A stretch of 64,000 bases of DNA from Paraspadella gotoi (lineage: Eukaryota; Animalia; Chaetognatha): contig CM119265.1 in NCBI GenBank assembly GCA_051294375.1, forward strand, positions 11,719,818 through 11,783,817. Direction: 5' to 3'. Shown piece by piece: positions 25,401 through 37,213 of this stretch (within the stretch, counting starts at the first letter, position 1; each line of letters begins with the position of its first letter). Made by a program: the position numbers and the translations under genes. Below the pieces are notes generated by a model that ran no database searches, was not told the origin of the DNA, and saw nothing but the letters and a program-made list of their open reading frames with translations.

Positions 25401-27949
25401 GGATCAACAAACAGCCAATCAACTCTATTTTATAGCCAAGGATATATTACCGTTTCGTCGCTTTTTGCTGATATTGTTCTGGCTGCGCATTCCAATTGAG
25501 CGGCAACCAGTCATTTAGAAACTGAGATCGTTTTCCTCTGTGGATGGGTAGTGTGCAAGAACAACGTCATTCTCAAACAGATTTGATTCCACGTCTTCAA
25601 TATCATCTTCTGGAGAATGAAGGTTTCTACTCCAAATAGTGGAAGCAGTGCAGGTTCCATTTGGGACACAGCCAATCTCGTAAAAGATCAGGCTTTTCCC
25701 AAACATAGATCACCACAAGGACAGGATTGGAGGGGGGGGGATTTACTATGGCCGTTGAGGGGGGCAAGGGCTTCCTCTACCCGTAAAAGTAACGGAGGAG
25801 GCAGGTCTGAAAAACGTAGACGTAACCGAAATAAAATTAAAATTTGGTAAGTATCCCGAAAAAAGTTTGAAGCAAATTTTGGAGAAAAAGTTAAGTTTCT
25901 CACAATGCACATCGTCGGCGGTTTCAAAAACAAAGGTCGACCCCAAAGCTCAATCCAGAATCCAAACAAAACGAGAGTAAAGGTATCAAAGGCTAAGTTG
26001 ATTACACGATCGAAGCTAAGATCAGTGGCGGGTCACGATCCGCCAGGAGCTTGTCTAGCACTTCTACCATCCTACTTGTACCCACAAGAAGTAAGAACAG
26101 CTCTGACGCAGAATAAAACGAAGACTGTTTGATTGAAAAAGGTTAAGGATGCCTAGGACTTATTAGGGGTATGGGGTGTGCGCCACAAAATGCCGCAGAG
26201 CGGACTTGACGGCCATGTGACGGCAGTCGTGCCACGTGAGGATAGACAGCAAAGCACGTTTTCTACCGTCCGACTTCAAAAGACAGCATGCGATGATATG
26301 AGCCAACAGTAAACTTCAAGCTCTTCGGTTGGTGCGATCAAGTGAGAAACGATATGCCAAGCGTCGCCAGGTTACCCAGGCATAGGCATCAGCCGAAACG
26401 AGCTACCCACAAGGTAGGACTCCCATTCCGTGAGATGGCGATGCAACAGGGACCAGATGATCAAAGCGCTTCAACTGTCAGAATCATGCAAAAGCACTCC
26501 AGTAAGTGCCTACGCCGCATCCTTGCCGATGAGAGAAAAGGGATGAAAAAGAACGTTGTCTTTCACAGACGTGATTCAAAACCTAAATGGAACGGGGCAT
26601 TTAATTTGAACAGAACTGCTGATGGAATTTGTATGGTGGTACTCCTCGGAATGTGCCTCAGAATCACTGACAGACTAGTAGGGTGACGAAGCATCCGCAC
26701 CAAACAAGGTGTGGATGAGGGGTGGATATTCCCGGGATTCTGACACAAAAAGTAGTCTTCGCGTCTTCTTTTTCTATCAATAGCGTGGAACGAATCGAAA
26801 ACACCGGTCGCAGAATTCCTGCACAAGCGATACAAATATCGCTCGGAGCGCTTGCAGCGAAGGAACGACTTCCCCGCTGAAATGGAGGGCACGACGGCAG
26901 AATTTTCCCTTGGTAGCGAATTCCGCCAACGAATCGACCGTCGGAACAAGGCCGCGAGATATGCATGTGTCCGCGGCATTGAGAACATGGTAAGGAGACT
27001 AGTGAAGTTGGCAATTGAAGAACTCTTGGATCCGTTTACTTTGAAACGTGAATACAGAGTGGCGAGTGAAGACTGGAGAATAATGGAAGATGCGCCGTCC
27101 GACATGAAATGTGAGAAAATTAGTTTCGTTGGCGCCAATATTCTTTAGAGGGACATGAGAAAGTGCCGTAAAATAGCGCACTTTTTCCAATTCGCGCTGG
27201 AAATCAAAAATATCACTCCTCTCACTTATGATGGTGCCCTCTCCAGTCTGGAACGAGACTGTGAAGGTGGGCATTGAAGGGGAGGTAACATTTGGGCTCA
27301 AAATTGCTAGTGTCGCCATACACTCCACTCTTTCCACCATGAGCTTTAATCAAGAGAGAGGTGAAGGAAGGATGAGTCTTCGCGATAAAGTTTGCGCATC
27401 GCGTCCCATGGTTGATGCAAAAAGATGTCCAAAAGAATAAAGGTGGGAACACAGAAAAACTTAAATTGGCACAATGCATGAAGGGGACCACGTCCGAAGC
27501 CGCCATCGAAGAAAATGAAACAAAATCGTCGGGATTGTTGGCGTTGAGATTTGATATGAAATCCCTTGCCTTAGCGTGATTACGCTTACATTTTTTCGTT
27601 TTGAAATTGACAAAATTGCACGCAAATGTTTCTAATGTGATCTTTGTCGTTTGAAGTAGAGCCAGGGAGCTGGAGCTGCTCCAAGGAAGTTTTACGAGAA
27701 TAAGGGGGGGGAATGGAGATCGACATGAGGAGGGACTGGACGAGGTGGAGATTGGGGCAGAGAGAGCAGGGAGAGCAGGAGGAGGGGTAGTTGGGGGGGG
27801 GCTGGGGCGTCTGAAATAAGTTGTATTGACGTTGAGCCTGGCGTCGCGATTTTTCTTTAGTCGCCAACATTTGCTCTTCTCCTGATCGCCAATGGCCGAA
27901 TGGTCATTGCGTGAACAATAGAGTTTAGAGAAGGACAATAGTATTTGTT

Positions 27950-28200
27950 TGGATTAGAAATGGCTTGTAGAAAGTGGGCCAAGCGCAACCCGATGCGTTC
28001 CGAAAGCATGAGCGCTGTCTGCAGACTGACGAGTGCATCCAGCGCTGCATAGCAAATTTGAGGAGGCTTAACCAAGGATTTCTTCTCATCGGAATCCGAA
28101 AGATGATTACGATGGAAAGATCTTTTATCGAGAATGTAGTTTGGTTTGACGAAATGATAGAGGTATTTGAGGGAAGGGGTTCCCAAGACGCCGAAAAAGG
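27950..28200 (-). pseudogene. Decayed DEDDy-type (WRN/EXD-like) 3'-5' exonuclease fragment
   Basis: SLKYLYHFVKPNYILDK...SD......QICYAALDALVSL resembles the Exo III YxxxD block; Exo I/II not recoverable. Confidence 0.5.
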
Positions 28201-29280
28201 ACATCGAGGAAACCCAATACAACAAAGGGGATGGGCCTTGAGTGGTTATAACAAAAACAATACATGCTCGCGATGTTGATGTATTTGATCTTTTTGCGAT
28301 CCGCAAACGGAACTCTGAGAAATTTAGCGATGGAATCAACGTCATCCCTTCTCCTGCCCTTGGCTTGCGCCTACCTCCCAAATCCTTCATCATGGCTGTC
28401 AAATACCGTTTGGTCCCTGCCTATCCTGTGACAGACCTTCCGACATCTATGGAGACCACCCCATTTCAGCTTGCTCCTCTACTGGAGACAAAATTCGCCG
28501 TCATAACCTCCTTTGGGATGCTTTCTCAAACCTAAAAGACTTCGCAAAACTCCAAGCAACAAATGCAGGCTTAGATATCGGCAAAACGTCAAAGCACTTT
28601 TTTGAAAGACTGTCTGCCTTCAGCGCGAGAACGGGGACCTGCTTGCTTCCTGAAGTCCCGTGATTGAGTTGCCGTCTCATGTGGACGGAGTTGCTTGACT
28701 TTGTCCACTGAACTCTTTTTCTTTTTTATTTTTCTTTTTTGTTCACGTTTATTGTTGAAATAAGATATTTTTGCAACCATTCCCGCAATTATTTGTTTGC
28801 TCTGTTTTCTTGTCTCGCTTGTCTCGTTAGGCTTTTTTGCCTTTTCTTCTCTCTTGACCAATCAGAAAGGTGGCTTCCCTCACTGAATCGAGATGAGAGA
28901 AGAAACGAGGCAGTCTTCAACTTACCCTCAAGAAACTAACATCAAAATTCTCAAGTTCATGAACTATTTACCTTGTATTTTGAAGCATCGTTTTAATCAT
29001 CATAATCTCCCTTAATAATTATTATCTCCTCGTTTATTTGTGTAAATAAAACTTCTATAAATTATATGTAATAAACCACGCCTACTTTTTTCATTATGGT
29101 GGCAGCTGTGGGATTCGAACCTTCATCAAAGTATTGAAAATTTACGCTGATGAAGGTTCGAATCTCACCGCTGCCACCACAATGAAGGAAGTAGGCAAGG
29201 TTTATTACGGATAATTTATAGGAGTTTTATTTACACAAATAAATGAGGAGATAATAATTGTCAAATTGTCAAAACTTTTT

Positions 29281-29322
29281 TCGCTGATGAAGGTTCGTAT
29301 TAAGAACCAAAACATGTCCAAT
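29281..29322 (+). ncRNA. Degenerate hammerhead motif (G12 changed to A)
   Basis: CTGATGA-A-GGTTC(gtattaa)GAACC-AAAACATGTC followed by the family tail. Confidence 0.5.
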
Positions 29323-29452
29323 TTTAAATAATAATCGTTGTTATGTCTCAAAGTCTCTTTAATTTGCAAAACAAATTTCAAAACGCAACGAAACAAAAGG
29401 AAATACTACAAGATTAAAAATAGTAAAAAACCTGGTTATATATAAAAACTCA

Positions 29453-29707
<255 letters not shown>

Positions 29708-29738
29708 TTATATTTCACTTCTATTTAAAACTGCATAG

Positions 29739-30607
29739 TAGAGCGTTCAAATATAACAAAATATAAGATATTAAATTCCATTCATTTATTATTTTGCTGT
29801 AATAAGGTCTGAAGAATTAGATTGTGATGACCATTTCTTTGTATAATTTCATCTTTCTTGTCGGAAATGTCGATTTTTAATGTATATAAAATGCTAATAA
29901 AATCGGGCAAACATTATAAGTTAGGATAAATCAAATTATTAATTTTTTTAAAAATTTATATGAGCTTTTGAAATATAAAAATAAAAACCTATAAAATATT
30001 TTGGTAAATTTATTTCTCAATTTTATGTTTTAATAAAAGTTAGTTAGCTATATTTATTAATAATTATGAATAAAAATTAGGCTAAAATTACAAAAAAATA
30101 ATTTAAAAATTTTTATCCCGGATTCGCATTCCTTGCAAAAAGTTGATATAAGAAAATATAATTTTTATTAAAAATGATATCATTAAGTTAGTCAAAATTT
30201 TAAAAAACTATAATTTTAATAAAAAATGATAAATTTTATAAAAAAATCATAGTTTTTAATATTTTGGATTTTACTTTCTTATATCAACTTTTTGCAAGGA
30301 ATTCAAATCCGGTTTTAAAATTTCATTTTTTTTTCACTTTAGCCTATTTTTAACTACTAATTATTAATAAATATAGTTAACAAGATGTTAATAAAATATA
30401 AAATTTGTAAATAAACTTATCAAAATATTTTTATAGGTCTTTATTTTTATATTATATAAGCTAAATATAACTTTTATAAAATTTTAATAATTTTAATTTC
30501 TAATACTCTAAAATGGTTGCGCCATTTTAATTCTTCAGACCTTATTACATTAAAACAATAATGAATGAAATGAAATATCTTATATTTTGTTATCTTTGAA
30601 CGCTCTA
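29739..30607. mobile_element. hAT-like foldback element, almost entirely palindromic, in PRPS intron 1
   Basis: TAGAGCGTTCAAA...TTTGAACGCTCTA termini; 8-bp TSD CTGCATAG (29731-29738, 30608-30615). Confidence 0.85.
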
Positions 30608-31240
30608 CTGCATAGTCAAGGCCAAAACATGATAAAAAAAAGAAAAGTTTAAACTCTTGCAATCTTGACTGCTTGATAAAGCAATCAAATTAACTGTTTT
30701 TTTAGGTGAAAAAGCCTTCATCAAAAGAAACTATATTGTTTTTACTGTTTCAGGTAGAGCGCGGGGATAAATTTAATCTATTTATATTAAATTTCGTGCA
30801 AATAGAAACAAAGTCAGTTTAGCGCACGGTAAACCTTTTTTTAAGCGCATTCCGGGCCGTATTTAAGACTCTTGATACAGGTTATCCAACAAGGACTTAG
30901 TTCGAAAAAAAGGATTGATCATTCGCGATCTGGGCCAGATAAAAACGAAATTTAAACTTGGCTTTACCGTATTTTCAAGTTTTGCAACGGTTCGCGGTCT
31001 GTTTTTAGTGGATATTCCTTGAACCAGGGTTAGATTTTTCATAATCATTATCATTTAATTATAGTTATCATAGTTACAAATAAATAAATCATGGCATTTC
31101 CGGAGATTAATAGTTCTAGAGGTCTATGGAAAAATGAAACTGTTCGCGGTCTGTTTTTGCCGGATTTATAGTTAAATTTTATTAATATTGGACAAGGAAG
31201 AGCAAGTTAAAAAAAAATAGAATGCAAATTCAATGCAAAT

Positions 31241-31600
31241 TTTTTCAAAGTATGCATACTTTTTTCCAAGTATGCATACTTTTTTCCAAGTATGCATACT
31301 TTTTTCCAAGTATGCATACTTTTTTCCAAGTATGCATACTTTTTTCCAAGTATGCATACTTTTTTCCAAGTATGCATACTTTTTTCCAAGTATGCATACT
31401 TTTTTCCAAGTATGCATACTTTTTTCCAAGTATGCATACTTTTTTCCAAGTATGCATACTTTTTTCCAAGTATGCATACTTTTTTCCAAGTATGCACCCT
31501 TTTTTCAAAGTATGCACCCTTTTTTCAAAGTATGCATACTTTACTCAAAGTATGCATACTATTTTAAAGTATGCATAATTTTTTTCAAAGTATGCATGCT
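31241..31600. repeat. 20-bp minisatellite (TTTTTCCAAGTATGCATACT)n
   Basis: About 12 identical central units plus degenerate edge units; explains the overlapping repetitive ORFs. Confidence 0.97.
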
Positions 31601-31682
31601 TTTTTCCGACAGATCCGACTAAAAAACCTCTGGCTTTTTTCGTCAGAGCTTAGTCCTATAAAGTATAGTAATCCATACTGAC

Positions 31683-31817
31683 TTGAATCTCAACGCTCGT
31701 CTCCTGGTTGGAGAACTTCTTGAGGATGCACTTTCCGGGTTCGATTCCGAGTCGGGTGCAGATCATCTTGGCCAACACAGGGTGCGACGAACCCGCGAAG
31801 ACTTTGATGTTGGGCAT
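31683..31817 (-). CDS. PRPS1: PRPS exon 1 ([45 protein letters not shown]); total CDS 957 nt, 318 aa
   Basis: MPNIK.F.GSSH...KKFSNQET N-terminus; CAA|GTCAGT donor; PRPS1 vs PRPS2 orthology cannot be resolved. Confidence 0.96.
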
Positions 31818-32500
31818 TCTGGGTTTCTCGATCGAATCGGGATTCTACCATGAGGGAAAAAAAAATTGTCGCGGTTTGGAAAAGTCAGTTAATTTTATTG
31901 TCAAATATATTCTTTGGCTAATAAATAAGTTGTAATAGATAATATGACCTCCTTAGGCTTAGGACTGAATAAAATGATTATTTCGCAACAGCATAAAATT
32001 ATTTAATGCATACAAATACTTTCAAAAGAGTTGTTTCTAACTGTTTTTACCTCTTTTTGATTAAGAGGAATACTCACATTATTATTATATTATATCTTTG
32101 ACATGATATTTTTTTAACAGATTTGGGGTAAAAAATGGTCCCTAGCAAGCAGTAAAAAAGATTGATCCTTTATAAAGTATACCAGGCTTGAGTTGTTGCT
32201 GTATAATATATATAAATTTTTACAATCCTGTTCAGTTTTTAGTAGAATTTTAAGTGCTTAAAACAATTAACAAGGTGTCGTCAATCAGATTTTGCGTTAG
32301 ACCTACGCACAATTTACCAGAAGTTGACGTTGACTACAATATGGAATTTTTTTTTACTATAAATAAAAAGTTAGGCAGTTGTTTTTTTAAGACTATTTAC
32401 CTATCCTGCAATTAGTATAATTATTTAATAAGTAGTACTTAAACCAAAAATGTTCAAAAAAGGGTTTTCATCAATAGTAGGCATGTCCCAAACCGGAAAT

Positions 32501-34839
32501 CAGGGTTGTGGAGCTGGCCATTTTTTCTCCAGCTCCAACTCCAGCTCCGGCCCAAAAAATTTTTCAGCTCCAGCTCCAACTCCGGCTCCATCCTAAATTT
32601 TTTTCCAGCTCCGACTCCAGCTCCACTAAAAATTTTGAGACAGCTCCAGCTACCGCTCCCAGCTCCGACCCTTTAAAGTTTAAATGATAATGTTGCTTAT
32701 ATTTAATTAGACCTAATTTTATTAATTTACTTATTTATAACTTATTTATTTGCTTATATTTAAAAAATATTAATTTAATTAATTCATGTATGAAATCATT
32801 TGATAATTCATTATTAATAATAATTATGTATTTTTTAATATTTAATGTATGAGAACAAGATTTGTACTTAAATGTAGACAAGGAGTATAAGAGTAGGTGT
32901 ATAGAGAGTAAGAGATAAACATTTACTCCCCACATAATTAATAGTTTATTTACTTTATATAAAATAACATTTATCTAAAATTTTACTTTTACATTTTAAA
33001 ATATTTTGATTATTTAATCAGGATTTTACTATCTAGTTTAAGGCTCAGTATTTCATGAGTTATGCTGCATTGAATTCTGTGTCATGTGATCACCTTTTAA
33101 GGTGATCATGAAAAGTAGGATACTTATGCACGTTAAAGGTCTTTACCTTAACCTTACCTTACCAACTGACCCACCCACCGACATAAAAGCGTCTCTAGTT
33201 AGAGGAAGGGGAAGGTCTCACTCCCAATGCCAAGGAACCAAGGACAAACTTTAGCCGCCTTGTCTTAAGGCAAGAAAGGGCAGCCAGCAGACATATCAGG
33301 TCAGATGAAGTACCTCAAGGCATTTTTCCAAGAGGATCTTTGCCCGACCCTAATATGACGAGGTCCATAAAGTTGGGAACTCAAGATCCAATTGACCTAT
33401 GACCGGTCACATCGTCACTGCTTTCCTTTGTCCAGAGCGGGGGGCCAGCTCTTTCTTCTCTTATTTTTTACTAACTCTTTCTCTTTAATGTAGTTATTGT
33501 TACTTTTACAATTTATTATTTAAATGATAATGTTTGCAAACTTAAATTGTTAATATATATTAATTATCTCAACTATCTTTCTTTCAATATCCCTCACTTT
33601 TTAGTACTATTCTTAACCTGTCTTTAACCTCCCACTGTTTTTTCTATTTTTTTGGAAACCTCTCTCTCCCTCTTTCACGTTTCACACAAGCAAACCTTAT
33701 ATTTTGTCAAAAATTTTCACAAATAATTTATTAATTTTTTGCGCGAATGAAGACTTACATCTAAAGTTTAAAAATTTTCCTTTTTCTCCTTTTAAAAATA
33801 AAATTGTTGCATAAACAAAACAAGATCGGTACATCCAATGTTTTGCGCCACAGTGATTTTCTTTTCATGTGTATTTCCTTGTGATCTCATGATTAGAAAA
33901 TTATTTTAAAAAAAGTTTTATGGTTGATCACTACTGTGCAAAGTTTCATTACAAACAACCAGACATTACAAGAAATATTCGGGGTTCCAGCCTACACTAT
34001 ATGAAAGTATGTGTCAACTGACTACACAAGTATGAAACACCATGTTACAGGCGGGTTAAGCGCCCCGTCCCTCTTAACTGCCAGACGACCACCGGGCTAG
34101 AACCCCGGACCTTTGGGTTGGGAGGCGAATAACTTGCCTCCGGCACCAATGGCCGCTGATGAACGGTTGGTGGACTAAGATCCACCATAAATGTAGAGGT
34201 TAGAGTTATAAGTCTAAGGTTAAGGTTAGTGCCTAAGTTTAAGATAACGTTTAAGTTTTAATTAGTGTTAAAGTCATGGTAAATAATATAATTAATAATA
34301 AATAATAATAATAAACAAAAGTAATAACAATTTTTAAAATAATGTTATGTTACACTTAAAGACTTTTCTTATTTAAGTTTACGAATTTGTTAACTAAGTT
34401 TATATTTGTCACCAAATTTAAATCTACATTATTATTTTATGTATACTTATTTAATATAATTGTAAATGTATCACTATGAAGCAATTAAAGCTTAATTTTA
34501 AAGGAAAAAATATTTTACCAAGTCACGGCTTAACATTTAGATTATGCAAATTATAATTTGGATTTGATTTCAAATCTATACTGAACAAACAAGAGACAAT
34601 GTTTTAATAAAGCTTTTTCCTTCTGAAAAAATTAATATTATTTTTCATTTTTATAAATTTTGTTATTTCCAAAAATTTTCTTGGAGCTGGAGTTGACCTT
34701 TTTTTACCCGCTCCGACTCCAGCTCCAGCCAAGATAAAATCTCAGCTCCAGCTCCCGCTCCGGTAAGAAAATAAATTCAGCTCCAGCTCCGGCCAAATAT
34801 GCCAGCTCCGGCAGCTCCGACTCCAGCTCCACATCCCTG
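32501..34839. mobile_element. hAT-like non-autonomous element upstream of PRPS
   Basis: TIRs CAGGGTTGTGGAGCTGG / CCAGCTCCACATCCCTG, 8-bp TSD CCGGAAAT, subterminal CCAGCTCC arrays at both ends. Confidence 0.9.
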
Positions 34840-35333
34840 CCGGAAATAGTGCTCGATAATCAATTAAATATGTATTATAAAAAGTTTTTAATCTATTATG
34901 ACTTCTAATGATTTTTTATTGTTATATGACAGCTTTATCACAAAGGATTATCATCCATATTATAAAATAATATAATAAAAATAATTATAATAGTCAAATG
35001 ACTTTAAATAAATAAAATAACTGTAAATATTTAAAATTTCATTTCAATTTCATTCAATTAATGAGACTTTGCTAATTTTAATAATTCCTGGTTTTAATTT
35101 TTAATACCTTTTATTATTTAATTTTTTTCATCAAGAATTTTTTTACTGGCATACCATTTTTTTGCTCAAAAACTATAGCCGGAAGTTAAACCTTTTTTTT
35201 CATAAAGTTTTAAGTAAATCTTCAGAGGGAATACCTTATTTTAAGTTTTTCCAGGTGAAGGAGAAGAGAAACAATATCAATGCATCAAAAAGTTAATCAG
35301 ATTCATAATTTTTTTTCCTGAAAAAAAGCTTTT

Positions 35334-37213
35334 AGGCAGTGATTTCTATTCGGGTATTTTCAACAATGGAATTGGAACTTAAATAACTATTATTTCTTTT
35401 TTTCCCACTGATAAATATGAAACACGCTTTATTAAAAAAAACGGTTGGCTATAGTTATCTTCTCCTTATATTTATAACCTAGAATTCACTGGGTGAATTT
35501 CTATGCTTTGAAAATACGGTAAGACAATTTCTTTTACGTTAATCATTCTAATCAGAGTATCTGCTGTAATTAAGATGAAACTCAAACGATTTTTCATGGT
35601 AAGGGCAAAACCGCACGCTATAATTTAAAACTTTTTTCATTTTTTCCACTATGTTTTTTCTTTCTTGAACCTTCTCTCTTTTTCTCTGTCTTTCTCTTTT
35701 CTGTCCTCATATTTCTGTGTCATCCCTTATTTTCTTCTTTTACCTTTATTTCCCTTCCTCTCAATCTCCAGAGCCAGCTGCCAAGCAGGAAAGAAGGGGA
35801 CCAGGCCCGCCTCCTCAGTAGGGGAGAAGAGGGCAAGCTGCAGGGATGACAGGTCTCGTCGACATAAGGGTCGCATTGGGATTCAGTCCCAACCTCACCC
35901 AGTCGCAGGCCAATGACCATCCCAATGACCATGCCACTGACCCTCAACTGACGGCCCTAAAGGGGAAGGGGGCCAGCTCACTTTGAGCTTCTTTCTTTAT
36001 CTTTCTCTTTTCACAAACTTCAAATTTTCCTTTCATTTTCAAATACAAAACTATAAATTATTCCAGTGTAGTTGTTATCAATTTATTTACTCCTACTTTC
36101 ATTTAGTTTATAAATTTATTTTTGGTTATACATTGTTCTAATGTAAAGTCTAATTTATTACCTTTGCATTTTCTTCTCTCACCTTTCATTTCCTTTCCCC
36201 CATGTCTCTCTTTATCTGAGCTAAAACTTCAACTGTCCTCACCCTCATATTGATATCACTTTCCCTCAATTCTTTGTTGGAAGCTTTATCCCTCTTTCTC
36301 TCTCTCTCTCTCTCTCTCAATGTTATCTTGCCAAAACTTTTGAAATTCAAAATCTAAATTTGCACTGATGAAGAACAAAACAATGTTCGAAAACATGGTC
36401 TGCATTAATTTAATAAATAAAGTCGTTGTGAAAATAAAAATTGTTTACCTAAATCTATTTACCAACGAAAAGAAAGGAAATCCATCAAATGTATTGTAAG
36501 AAAAAAAATATTGGGTAGCGTATGATTTTATTCAAAGTTTGGTTGCCTAGCAGCATTTAAAAAATCACAGAATTTTGCGGAAATTTTTTCCGCAAAAAGC
36601 TGTCGATTGAGAGAAATTAATTTCCTGACGCTTCCCCTTTCAATAAAAGAAGGCGGTTTTTTTTAATTTTTCAAATTTAGTGTGTTTCTCATCTATTAAA
36701 ACTATAAAATAAGTCAAAAATCGAGCTTTAGTTCAAATAAAACGCTCCTCACAAATCCTCACAAATTAAAAGTAGACTTAAAAATTGTTTTGCATTTCGA
36801 AGTATTTTCATTTAACAAATTGTAATAAAATATAAAAATGTAAGTTTTTGACTAGTCAATTTAAAAATTGATTCATAGGCAAATAATAGATGACCAATGG
36901 CAAATGAACCGACTCAGAGGTAAAGAAGATAAGGACCCGAATTCCGGAGTAAAATTTTTTTCTTCAACGATCTTGGCGTTCAAATCTCAAGACAAAAGTC
37001 AAAATGGACAAAAATGGACATAATTTTTTTTTATTAAAAGTAGAAAAAATGATATTTATTCTTGATTAGAAAATGCAGCAGATGATTTCAATTAATCTGT
37101 AGTCCAGCCCTCTTAGTCTTAGGATTCAAATTTAATCAATATTGTTGGTAATATTCTAGCAATATGGCAAAAAGTGGTTTTTTTGCTGAATTCCTCGATA
37201 GAAATCACTGCCT
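35334..37213. mobile_element. Non-autonomous TIR element (possibly Kolobok-like) with a nested hammerhead-bearing repeat
   Basis: 16-bp TIR AGGCAGTGATTTCTAT / ATAGAAATCACTGCCT; TTAA on the right flank only. Confidence 0.7.
36361..36404 (+). ncRNA. Minimal type I hammerhead ribozyme motif
   Basis: tgca-CTGATGA-A-GAACA(aaacaa)TGTTC-GAAA-ACATG-GTC-tgca: stems I and II pair; stem III imperfect. Confidence 0.65.

Noticed and set aside
31172-31622. CRISPR-like array or repetitive proteins (six overlapping ORFs)
   Set aside because: Pure 20-bp tandem repeat with no unique spacers, in a eukaryotic intron; the ORFs are by-products.
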